From Octopus bimaculoides (Eukaryota): a stretch of DNA of 48,739 nucleotides. Shown one piece after another: positions 34,391 through 45,725 of the stretch. Each line of letters starts with the position of its first letter. Within the stretch, counting starts at the first letter, position 1. The DNA lies in the NCBI RefSeq assembly GCF_001194135.2, contig NC_068983.1:58613371-58662109 (forward strand). The letters run 5' to 3'. The translations under genes were made by a program, and so were the position numbers. Under the pieces are notes generated by a model. The model did not search any database. It was not told the origin of the DNA and saw only the letters and a program-made list of their open reading frames with translations.

Positions 34391-35506
34391 GACATATGTG
34401 TTTAGTGGAGGATATATGTGTTGGGTGAATGTATGTATGTATGTATATACAGGTATGTATGTACAGGTATGGTGATGCAAAGAGGAAAAATAGAACTCAA
34501 ACTATGAGTTTATGTATATTTTTATTAATATTTAGTGGAAGCAACATAGTGACTCAAGGTCTAAAAGTCTCATGTGTTGGCACTTCAATGCACGAAACTT
34601 TCAGGTCTTGAGTCACTCTGTTGCTTCTGCTAAATATCAATAAAAATATGTGTATATATGTATGTATTTATATTGCATAGTTTCTAAACAAATACAACTT
34701 TAACTAGTTAGAAACAAACAACAGTACAGTGAATAAGACATTTAAAATTTTCCATTTTCTCATATATATTTTCTCCATGTTTATTGCGACAATTTAGGAA
34801 ACAAACAATTTTTTTTTTTGTCTTAAAATTATGACTATATGAAGAGATAAACACATCGAATCAGTTTCAAGTAATTGGATACATAATGTAAAAATGATTA
34901 TCATGAAATAGCAAAAGATTAAATCTGGTATTGTACGTACAATAAAAATAATTTCTGCTTGTTGTTTCAGATTTTAAACAAGTTGTTAATCTATACAGAG
35001 AAAATCAGACATGAATATTTTCATTCTAATCAGATCTTTAATAGGTGATAGTCTGTGAGATTGGTGAGGAACTTATCGTACTAGATCAGTGTATTTGTTT
35101 TACAATTCTGAGAGATATAAATATGAGTTCCTGCTGTTAATTATCTGGCTTCTAATTTAATTTCTCTATATTCTAATGGAAAATTACTTTGCCGTGTTGT
35201 TTTAAAACTAACAACTATGAAGCATCTGAGAGACCCTTTGTCCAGTTGCACAACCTGCTAAAAATAGCTGCAAAATCGTTTTCAAATCGTTTCCTACTGT
35301 CTTAAAAATGTGTGCTGATACATTGTATGACGTAACCATAGGTACACTTTGCCTTAAAAGAAAGTCAAAACAATCACACCAAGAATGTCTTGATTGCAGG
35401 TCTTCTCAGTCAGGTTTGACTTCAAATCTAAAGTGGCCGTCCGTTAGTAACAACAAAGTAACTTCCAATTGCTTTGATCAATGTAGCAGCCTGCTCATGA
35501 AGCTAA

Positions 35507-35945
35507 TTACTCTTTTACTTGTTTCAGTCATTTGACTGTGGCCATGCTGGAGCACCGCATTTTGTCGAGCAAATAGACCCCAGGACTTATTCTTTGTAAG
35601 CCTAGTACTTATTCTATCAGTCTCTTTTGCTGAACTGCTAAATTACAGGGCCGTAAGCACACCACCATCGGTTGTCAAGCGATGTTGGTGGGGGACAAAC
35701 ACAGACACACAAACATACACACACACACACACACACANNNNNNNNNNNNNNNNNNNNNNNNNNNNNNNNNNNNNNNNNNNNNNNNNNNNNNNNNNNNNNN
35801 NNNNNNNNACCAAATCCACTCACAAGGCTTTCGTCGGCCTAAGGCTATAGTAGAAAATACTTGCCCAAGGTGCCACGCAGTTGGAATAAACCCAGAACCA
35901 TGTGGTTGATAAGCAAGCTACTTACCACACAGCCCCTCCTGCACC
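35507..35945 (-). mobile_element. SINE family B (gap in the internal microsatellite)
   Basis: Tail and head both match the family-B consensus. Confidence 0.9.
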
Positions 35946-35949
35946 TAAT

Positions 35950-36195
35950 ATTCAAGTGGCTGAGCACTCCACTGGCACGTGTACCCTTAACTTAGATTCT
36001 CGGGGAAATTCAGCGTGACACAGAGTGTGACACGGCTGGATCCTTTGAAATTATAGATGCAACTCATTTTTGCCAGCTGAGTGGACTGCAGCAATGTGAA
36101 ATACCTTGCCTTGCCCAAGGACACAACATGTCACTAGAAATCAAGCTCATGAGCGTACGACAGTGAACCAAATATTTTAACCACTAAGCCACACC
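35950..36195 (-). mobile_element. SINE family E, 3' end missing
   Basis: GTGGCTGAGCACTCCAC..GTGTACCCTTAA..CAGCGTGACACAGAGTGTGAC..GCTGAGTGGACTG..CCAAGGACACAAC. Confidence 0.8.
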
Positions 36196-36322
36196 TGGAT
36201 GCTAAACAGCAACAACAACCAATAAGAAAGTTTCTGGAAAAAAACTACAATGTAATCCACGAGATCAATACTCTAAATGAATTGAAGCCCGTATGTTATT
36301 GATTTTCAGTCATCTGTAATAT

Positions 36323-36625
36323 TATCATCATCATCATCGTTTAACGTCCGCTTTCCATGCTAGCATGGGTTGGACGATTTGACTGAGGACTGGTGAACCA
36401 GGTGGCTGCACCAGGCTCCAATCTAATTTGGCAGAGTTTCTACAGCTGGATGCCCTTCCTAACGCCAACCACTCAGAGAGTGTAGTGGGTGCTTTTACAT
36501 GTCACTGGCACGAGGGCCAGTCAGGCGGTACTGGCAACGGCCACGCTCAAAATGGTGTTTTTTTTACGTGCCACCTGCACAGGAGCCAGTCCAGCGGCAC
36601 TGGCAACGACCTCGATTGAATGTTT
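36323..36625 (-). mobile_element. Family C retroposon, 5'-truncated
   Basis: (CAT)n CGTTTAACGTCCGCTTTCCATGCTAGC... plus two ~65-bp units. Confidence 0.9.
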
Positions 36626-37341
36626 TGTTTTTTTTTTTGAAAATGTTCTTTGCTTATCATTGTACGACAGTGTAGGAAAATCTTGATAAGAACATTAAAA
36701 TTGAAGTAGGGTTGACGTAATAACTGGTTGTACAAAGGGTTAGGAGATGTAATATAGTTCTGAGGCGGGGTGGATGTTGGTGGTTTGTTGGCAGAATGTG
36801 AAATGGGGACTGGTTGATGGACAGAATGGGTGTTGACAGGCATATAAGCTTAGACAATATATTTAGGACCTCATGTTTGCTGTAATGGACACGTCCTCTT
36901 GCGAACAGCAAATCGTCAATCATTTCGATCCTTTGTCATCTCCTCTGTGAGGCTCAGCAACTTGTGATCAGCCTACACTACTGTGAATCATGTCTTCCTG
37001 GGTTTCCCTTTTCCACATACGACTCTTCTGTAAGTTCATGGCTTCTTTAAAATATTCTTTATTTTTCAATGTACAGTAATGTAGGAAGATCTTGATAAGG
37101 ACATAAAAAGGCCATAGTTTGATTTACATCACGATTTCAAATTGTATTTACAAATTTTATTAACGTTTTAATCGTGTTTTATTAACATTAATCAATGAAA
37201 CTATCCTTTTATTTTAGTTTCATACAATATCAAACTTTAAATAAATATCAAGCAATCTCTTAGACCCTTTCATTCTACACATAATCCAAGACTAGATTAC
37301 AAAGTTTCCCTCTCCATCTTATTTCTCTTTCTTCTCCTCAG

Positions 37342-37375
<34 letters not shown>

Positions 37376-37387
37376 CTCCTCCTCCTC

Positions 37388-37640
37388 ATTATCATCATCA
37401 TCATCACCATCATCATCGTTTAATGTCTGACTTCCACACTGGCATGGGTTGCACAGTTTGGCAGCTTCAGATGTGCCAGGGAACAGCATTGAGCTCCGAT
37501 GTTTGCTTTAGCATGGTTTTCTATGGCTGGATTTCCCTTCGTAATGTCAGCCACTTTAAAGAATGTACTTTATGCTTCCTCATGGCACTGGCTCAAATGA
37601 GATTACGAAGTAACTTGCAAGACATGACTCCCAACCACCA
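37388..37640 (-). mobile_element. C-related (GAT)n-tailed retroposon, older subfamily
   Basis: (CAT)n CGTTTAATGTC..CTGGCATGGGTTG..GGCTGGATTTCCCTTCG..GTAACTTGCAAGAC. A related + strand fragment lies at ~39660-39765. Confidence 0.65.
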
Positions 37641-38102
37641 ACTGTGATGAAGGTGCAATATTGAAGCGAGTGGTTTTATGCCAAGTGTTGAGAAGCTAAA
37701 GTATTACAGAGGGACAAGAAGAAGTGACTTCTTGTAGAAGAGACATGTGTTTATCTTAGCAGAAAAGGGAGGAAATAAGGTGGAAATACAATGTCCCAGA
37801 TCACCTTCGTGTTACAAGAACGCAACAATAAGAGAGAATAGGAACAAAGTCGAAAAGGGGAGATAAGCAGGTAAGTTCATGGAAGTGTGAAGGGTAAGTG
37901 ACAGAAAATGGTTAGAGATGAGGACAGTGGTGAATGCAAGGAATGGTGATCTTGTGTGAAGGCGTGGTCAATGGTGAATATCAGTTTGAGGAGAAGATGA
38001 AGGAAAATAAGAGTGGGTCGATGAGGAGGAGGAAGTGGTAAATGGGAGCATGTAAATGAGGTAGGTGCAAACCAACATTACATTACCAAAAAATAAAACA
38101 TA

Positions 38103-38499
38103 GGTGCAGGAGTGGCTGTATGGTAAGTAACTTGCTTACCAAGCACATGGTTCCGGGTTCAGTCCCTCTGCGTGGCACCTTGGGCTAGTGTCTTCTACTA
38201 TAGCCTCGGGCCGACCAAAGCCTTGTGAGTGAATTTGGTAGACGGAAACTGAAAGAAGCCCGTCGTATGTATATGTATATGTATATATATATGTGTGTGT
38301 TTGTGTGTCTGTGTTTGATCCCCCCAACTGATGCTGGTGTGTTTACGTCCCTGTAATTTAGTGGTTCGGCAAAAGAGACCGATAGAATAAGTACTAGGCT
38401 TACAAAGATTAAGTCCTGGGGTCGAATTACTCGACTAAAGGCAGTGCTCCAGCATGGCCGCAGTCAAATGACTGAAACAAGTAAAAGAGTAAAAGAATA
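38103..38499 (+). mobile_element. SINE family B, full length (reference copy)
   Basis: GGTGCAGGAGTGGCTGTATGG, B-box GGGTTCAGTCCC, internal (TA)/(TG), GACCGATAGAATAAGTAC, tail AAAAGAGTAAAAGAAT. Confidence 0.93.
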
Positions 38500-39151
38500 G
38501 ATAGTTGAGAAATAGAGAGATGACGTGAGGTGGGAGCTGAAAGAAAGATGTACAGCGGCATTGAGGTGATGAGGGATACATAGAAGTGGACACAGTAAGT
38601 GATGAACAAAGGTGGGGGGGAGGAGTTCAAATCATGAAATGCCTTAATTACCACATGACCTTTTACAAAAAAACATCTACTGATTACACTGGAGTCTGCT
38701 CTGTTAACACAACTGTATGTAGGTGGTGGGAATTGTGTAGTCGATGACATAAATTGCGTGGGAGGTGATATGAGTTGCGTGGGAGATGTTTGAGGTGAGA
38801 GGAATTAAACTGTGGGAGGAGAGCCTCATGCTATTTCTTTGTAGCCGTGTATAGATAGATAGCAAACATCTCTAATATTAATTTCATGAAATTATATCTT
38901 CAACATCTCTTAGATAATCCTACTTAGAAATTAGTATCATTTAAATATATTTATATTCACAATTCCAATTAGGAAACAGTCTTCAGAGCATTTATATTAA
39001 TCAATAATAGAAGCCATTAAAAATGTTAAAATTACTTAATGTTTTTTTCTTTTTTGTTTTTAATACTATCTTATTTTTCACTCTACACATCTTCAAAGGT
39101 GGTACACCAGTTGCAGACTGATGTCTGAAGCCTATTAAACAATGAAATAAT

Positions 39152-39258
<107 letters not shown>

Positions 39259-39806
39259 CATACATATATGTATGTGTGTGTGCATGTCTGTGCCTGTGTG
39301 TGTATGTCATTTGATGTACAAGTATAAAGATACAACCTACTAATAGTTTCTTGTTGTGAAGACACGTGTTTTCACTGCAGCAAACTATTAGTAGCACTCT
39401 CTTGCCTAGTCCACTGTCCTTATCCTCTCATATACTCTGTATCTTGAGATGCTCTGGCATCCCATCACCACCATCTCTATCTTCCTTCCAGCTACACCTG
39501 TCCACTCTCATATAATGCTGGGTAGCACAACACATGCACTTGTCCTTCCATCACACTTTCGCCTCTCAACACCTGGCTTTTAAGCAGCACTCCTTCTCGT
39601 CTCAAATGCTACCAGATCATCTACTCAAGGAGGCTTTTTCCCTTTTTCCAGTTTCCTTTCTATTGCAAGTTACTTGGTGATTTCACTAGTGCTAGAGACT
39701 CTAAAAAAAGCACCCAGTACATTCTGTAAAGTGGTTGGGATTAAGAAGGGCATCCAAGCATTCTAACCATATATATGTATATATATGTATATACACATTA
39801 CATATA

Positions 39807-41034
39807 CGTGATCTGATCAATAAGTATCCAGACGGTTGCCATAGTAATAAAGCTAAAGCATGCAAAGTGAAGCTGCTTGGCACAGACTGACCTTGAACTC
39901 TGCTGTGCAGGTGCACTAGGTTTTAACGTCCTAGCTCACTTCCACTGTTTACAGCAGTGCTTGGAAGGAACATATGTAGCGTGTGACCATTGCATTGATG
40001 TTTGGAAAGAGGGAAAAGTCGCAAGGAGCGACATATGGGAAATACAGTGGTCGTCAGACCTGGGGAATGCGGTGCCTAACGAAACACTGCTGCACAAGCT
40101 GCAATGAATGGGCAAATGCGTTGTCATGATGCCATTTCCACTCACCGGACACATACAGTCGTGGCCTTTCTAACAAATAGCATTGCACAAATGCTGCAAA
40201 ACATCATGGTAGTATTCCTTGTTTACTGTCTGACCAGTTGGAGCATACACATAATGAACAATCCCCTTGTAGTCGAAAAAACTGCCAACAGTGTCTTCAC
40301 ATCGCTTCGACTAATTCATGCTTTCTTTAGTGTCGGAGAGAGTGGGAGTCATCCACTGCGAAGACTGAGCCTTTGTTTCGGGGTCATAGATATAGACCCA
40401 CGATTCATCACCCATTAGGACTATTTTCTAAAAGTTTTCATCGTTCCCGACACAGTTAAGGAGATCTTGTGCAACTGAAACCTGAGTGTCTTCTTGGTCA
40501 GCCGAAAGCAATTTTGGCACGAACTTGGCAGACATGCACATCATACCCAAATCTTCAGAGATAATGGATACAACTGAACCGTAACTAATATGCACATCTT
40601 CTGATAACTCACAGATGGTGATTCGACGATTTCCCCTCACAGCTGCATGCACATCTGCAATGTTTTTCTCAGTTCTGCTGGTTGCGGATCAACCAGAACG
40701 TCCGTCACTATCAACATTTTTTTCAGCCATCGTGGAAACGTCTGAACCACTCATACGCTCCTCTCCATACACTTTCTGCAGGTATTGCCAAGCTTTTGGC
40801 AAAATTTGATGCAGATTCTCTGCTCAATTTTCCCTGTCATGGCCAATATGATGAGCACACGCTACACATTTTCCTTCCAAACACTGCTGTAAACAGCAGG
40901 AGTGAGCTAGAGCATTAAAACTTAGTGCACATGCACAGCAGAATTCAAGGTCAATCTGTGTCAAGCGGCTTTACTCTGCAGGCTTTAGCTTCGTTACCGT
41001 GGTAATAGTCCGGACACTTATTGATCAGGCCACA
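39807..41034 (-). mobile_element. Defective mariner with ~180-bp inverted arms
   Basis: TA flanks at 39805-06 and 41035-36; arms 39807-39986 and 40856-41034. Decayed transposase from ATG at ~40840: IEQRICIKFC, SAKFVPKLL, GDESWVY, PLYFPYVAPCDF, then truncated. Confidence 0.88.
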
Positions 41035-41072
41035 TATACATGCATACATATATATGTGTGTGTGTATGTGTG

Positions 41073-41104
<32 letters not shown>

Positions 41105-41389
41105 TNNNNNNNNNNNNNNNNNNNNNNNNNNNNNNNNNNNNNNNNNNNNNNNNNNNNNNNNNNNNNNNNNNNNNNNNNNNNNNNNNNNNNNNNNNNNNNN
41201 NNNNNNNNNNNNNNNNNNNNNNNNNNNNNNNNNNNNNNNNNNNNNNNNNNNNNNNNNNNNNNNNNNNNNNNNNNNNNNNNNNNNNNNNNNNNNNNNNNNN
41301 NNNNNNNNNNNNNNNNNNNNNNNNNNNNNNNNNNNNNNNNNNNNNNNNNNNNNNNNNNNNNNNNNNTATATATATATATATATACGCAC

Positions 41390-41607
41390 ATGAGGGGGTG
41401 TTGAAAAGTTATTGGCTTTAACGGTGTCGTGAAAGGCCTGGTTTGAGGCTTAACTTCCCGAATTCTTGTACAGAGTTTAGAAAAACTGAAGGACTGGTGC
41501 AATAATTGTGTCAATCTGTGAGGGGTATATGTTGAATAAAATCATAATTAACCTATCCTCCTGTGTTTTCTTTTACCCAAAGCCAGGAACTTTTCGGTAC
41601 CGCACAT
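41390..41607 (+). mobile_element. Mariner-derived MITE
   Basis: Imperfect TIRs TGAGGGGGTGTTGAAAAGTTATTGGCTTT versus reverse complement TGTGCGGTACCGAAAAGTTCCTGGCTTT; internal C-terminal remnant LEKLKDWCNNCVNL*GVYVE*. Confidence 0.7.
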
Positions 41608-42211
41608 GAAATAGATACATGTATAATATTGTATCTTTAAAATTGAACGCATATTGAGAGGATATTTTTCCTTCGCAAACACGTACAAAAGAAGAGGTTG
41701 TACAATTTTTTACCAACAGGTTATCAAAAGATAAAGGGATATAAATCTTTTGCAAGATAAAAACATCTTTTTCTCTAACATGCAATTAGCAGTTCGATAT
41801 GGAATGTTGAACTGAAGAAATGAAGAAAACATTATATAGCTATTCTTTGAAAGAATATCAGAAAAAGTAGCAGATTTATTTCACTTCTAAAACATCTAAA
41901 ATGGTATTTTCCTTTCACAAATATATAACAGATAATTAGAATTTTGTTGTTTCTGCTGTTGTTGTTGTTTAACATACAGAACCAGTTGTTTTACCTCTTA
42001 TTTTGTTGTAATTATATTTTCTAAGCATTCTTGAAGGACTGACGGTATATTGATAACAATGGTTCAATGCTAAGTCAACTGTTCTTGATGTGTTTAGTTC
42101 TTCTCAGTTACGTTCTGGTTTCAAATCCTTTCTTTACATTCCAACCTGCTTCTTTGACTCAACAATAGTCTTTCTAACACACCACTGGTAACTTGACAAT
42201 AATTTATCAGC

Positions 42212-42845
42212 TCTAAGGGGGAGGGCTGGCAGAAACATTAGCATGCCAGGCGAAATACTTAGCGGTATTTCGTCTGTCTTTACGTTCTGAGTTCAAATTC
42301 AACCAAGGTTGACTTTGCCTTTCATACTTTCATGGTCGATTAATTAAGTATCAGTTGCATATCGGAATCGATCTAATCTACTGCCCCCCATCCCCCAAAA
42401 TTCTGAGCCTTGTGCCTATAGTAGAAAGGAATATTATATTTTGTGAAGGCAGCGAGCTGGCAGAATCGGAAGCATGCCGTGCGAAATGCTTAGCGGTATT
42501 TCGTCTGCCACTGCGTTCTGAGTTCAAATTCCGCCGAGGTCGACTTGCCCTTCATCCTTTCGGGGTCGATAAATTAGGTACCAGTTACGCACTGGGGTCG
42601 ATATAATCGACTTAATCCGTTTGTCTGTCCTTGTTTGTCCCCTCTGTGTGTAGCCCCTTGTGGGCAGTAAAGAAATATGTATTTCAGCTGACTTTGTGTT
42701 CTGAGCTCAAATTCCACCGAGGTCGACTTTGCTTGTCATCCTTTTGAGGTAGATAAATTAAGTACCAGATGTATGCTGGGGTCGATCTAATCGATTGGCC
42801 CTCCTCCCCCAAAAAATTTCGGGCCTTGTGCCTAGAGTAGAAAAG
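42212..42845 (+). mobile_element. Cluster of three family-A SINEs bounded by a 14-bp direct repeat
   Basis: AATAATTTATCAGC at 42198-42211 and 42846-42859; family-A copies begin at ~42215, ~42445 and ~42680. Confidence 0.85.
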
Positions 42846-42899
42846 AATAATTTATCAGCCCTGCCACTCACAATCATTAAAGTTGAGTAATTATTTTTG

Positions 42900-43030
42900 A
42901 TTGCTTCCCAATCACATGATTCCGAGTTCAGAACCACTGTGTGGCATCTTGGACAAGTGTTTCTACTATAGCCTCATGCTGACTAAAGCATCGTGAGTGG
43001 ATTTAGTAGACAGAAATTGAAAGAAGCCCG
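42900..43030 (+). mobile_element. SINE family B 5' half, followed by an (AAC)n-tailed element in the opposite orientation
   Basis: CCAATCACATGATTCCGAGTTCAG...GAAAGAAGCCCG, then TTGCTGTTGTTGTTGGTCTTTAGCCCC. Similar tails at ~31565 and ~31735. Confidence 0.7.
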
Positions 43031-44454
43031 TTGCTGTTGTTGTTGGTCTTTAGCCCCGAGTTAGTCTGAGCAAAGAGACCCATGATCAAAGAGGTTTGTT
43101 TTGGATGTGACCATCTTGTCTTTTTGTATACCAGGAAATACATTCTTCATTATATTGTTTCTTTCTTTAAAAGAGTAGAGTTTGATTTGAGAGCGATTTG
43201 ACTCATGTTTCTAGTCCTTTAAGAAGCCATACTCAGGTTCTCTTGTTTATTCATGAAACTTGCATGGTAGTTTTGTAGTTTGCAACAGGAGACAGACAGT
43301 CAGAACTAAAGCGAACAGCAACAAAAGGACTTTCACAAATTTGAGTGATTGATTTACCAAATGATTAATAAAATAATCGATTAGTTTATTGGTTAAATTG
43401 TTAACCAATTGACAAATAAAAATTAGAGAAATGAAATAGAACCACGCGTGTCTCTGTTACTGGTATAGTGATCCTCCCAAGATACATCTTTTATGATAGC
43501 GCTGTAAACCAAGTATGTCAGGAGGCAGTGTCTCTCTCGGCCGCATTCTTCACATTCCTGTTGCCACGGGCTGCATCTTTATAAGCACAATTTGTGTCAT
43601 ATCAATTCTTTATTATTAAACAAAAGCTTTCATTTATTCATCAATAATCCTGTTTTTATTAATCAAATTATGTTTAGGGTTCCCCGTTTTTAAACCTCCA
43701 GCAACGCCATTCGCAGACCAGCCTGCTGTAACCAATATACGAAATTCCTATTTTCTGTCTATCAAATATATATGATTCGTGAATGGTAAAGTAAAAGTTG
43801 TTTGCTTTTGTTTTGTTAAAGTTGATTGTTCAATGGTGCAACATAGTGTCGTCTGCAACTAATATACTTAACATATACTCGGAAACTCTGTCCATATACC
43901 GATAAATATTTAAGTATTGAACTGGCACAATTTATCTCTGCAACCTAAGTAACAAAACCACTTTATTTCTCTATCCACTCAGATGAACAACGTGACTGAA
44001 GACATTTAATTCTACATTCTCCATGGCAATTGAAATTATCAAATTATGAACTCACCTAATGAATAAAATGTTACCAATATAGATCATTAGCAATTTCTTC
44101 ACATTCGAGATTTTAATTTATTTTTTATGAAGTGAATACAATTTTAATTAGTTTGTCACTTTTAATTAAGCAAAAACCGAAGTTTCAATATCTGGAAGAA
44201 AAAGCGAAATAAGATATTTTGATGTTTATAGCTTTTCTAAAACGAATTTGAATTTTTGGTTCGATTAAGAAGATTTGCAATAAATTATAGGAAGTCTTAG
44301 AGAGTTGTACTTGTTTAGCAAGATGTAGGAAGGTCGAGTGGTTACGAAGTTTGCTTGGCAACCAGAAGATCCTAGGTTTGATTGCACTGCATTGCATTAT
44401 TGGTAAATACAATTTTTTATAGCCCTGGGTTGACTCCATGCTCTGTGAATAAAA

Positions 44455-44670
44455 TTGGTATCCAATTTTGGCACAGGGCCAGCAAGATCGGGGGAGGGGG
44501 CTTAGTCGATTACTTCGACCCCAGTACTCAACTGGTATTTATTTTATCGTCCCTGAAAGTATGAAAAGCAAAGTCAGATTCAGCAGAAGTTGAACTCCGA
44601 ACATAAAAACGGATGAAATGCCGCTAAGCATTTTGCCCGGAGTGCTAACGATTCTGCCTGCTCACGGCTT
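44455..44670 (-). mobile_element. SINE family A (tail type 3) inside an older SINE (~44330-44810)
   Basis: Reverse-complemented family-A sequence, flanked by a B-like head on the left and a D/E-type tail fragment (TGTGTCACGCTGA..ACATTAAGG) on the right. Confidence 0.75.
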
Positions 44671-45024
44671 TGTTTGTTAACGAAGTTGAGAAGACATAAA
44701 GTGTGTTAGAATCAAGTCAGGTGGACTGTGCAAGTAATTCAAAAGGCACAGCTTCCTCATACATTGTGTCACGCTGATTCTGTCAGAGAATTACATTAAG
44801 GTTACATATGTCTGTGGGATGTCCATCCTCTTACATGTGAATACAGGAGCAGGTAATTCAATTGATTGAACAACAATGAAGGAGATATTCCACCACCACA
44901 GGTTTAACGAATAAATTCCTTTGAGAATTTCTATGGAAACTGAAGCATTTATATTGTGAAAGAACCACTTAAGAATACTCAAAACATGTGTATTCTTATA
45001 TTCCGTCTTTGTTCATAGGTTATA

Positions 45025-45190
45025 CAGGCACAGGTGTAGCTGTGTGGCAAGAAGCTTGCTTTCCAATCACTTGGTGGTGGGCTCAGTCCAACTGTATGGC
45101 ACCTTGGGCAAGTGGCTTCTCTCATAATCTCAGCTCAGCTGAAGCTTTGTAAGTGAATTTGATAGATGGACACTGAAAGAATTCTATTAT
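45025..45190 (+). mobile_element. SINE family B 5' half
   Basis: GGCACAGGTGTAGCTGTGTGG..GGCACCTTGGGCAAGTG..ACTGAAAGAA. Confidence 0.75.
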
Positions 45191-45725
45191 ATCATCATCA
45201 TTATCATTAAAATCCGCTTTCCAATCTGATCTGGCAAAGTTTCTACAGCTGGATGCCCTTCCTACCGCCAACCACTCCGCGAGTGTAGTGGGTGCTTTTA
45301 CGTGCCACTGGCATAAGGGCCAGTCAGGCAGTCCTGGCAACAGCCACGCTCAAATGGTGCTTTTTACGTGCCACCTACACAGGGGCCAGTCAAGTGGCAC
45401 TGGTAATGACCTCACTCGAATGTTTTTTCACGTGCCACCGGCACAAGTGCCAGTAAGGCGACGCTGGTAATGATCATGCTCAAATGGTGCTTTTTACATG
45501 CCACCAGCACGGAAGCCAGAGAGCTGCTTTGGCAATGATCACACTCAGATGGTGCTGTTAGTGCTCCACTGGTACGGGTGCCAGTCATCGAATTTGGTTC
45601 AATTTCGATTTCACTTGCCCCAACAGGTCTTCGCAAGCCGAGTTTAGTGTCCAATGAAGGAAGGTTGGCATGGGTGCCAGTCGTTGAATTTGGTTAGATT
45701 TCGATTTCACTTTCCTCAAAAGGTC
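45190..45725 (-). mobile_element. Long family C copy with a tandem ~65-bp array
   Basis: Units start at 45304, 45370, 45434, 45500 and 45563. About 60 bp is deleted near the tail relative to the copies at 22724 and 36323. Confidence 0.85.

Noticed and set aside
45304-45620. CRISPR-like repeat array
   Set aside because: The units are contiguous, degenerate tandem repeats without unique spacers, inside a eukaryotic retroposon, and there are no cas genes.
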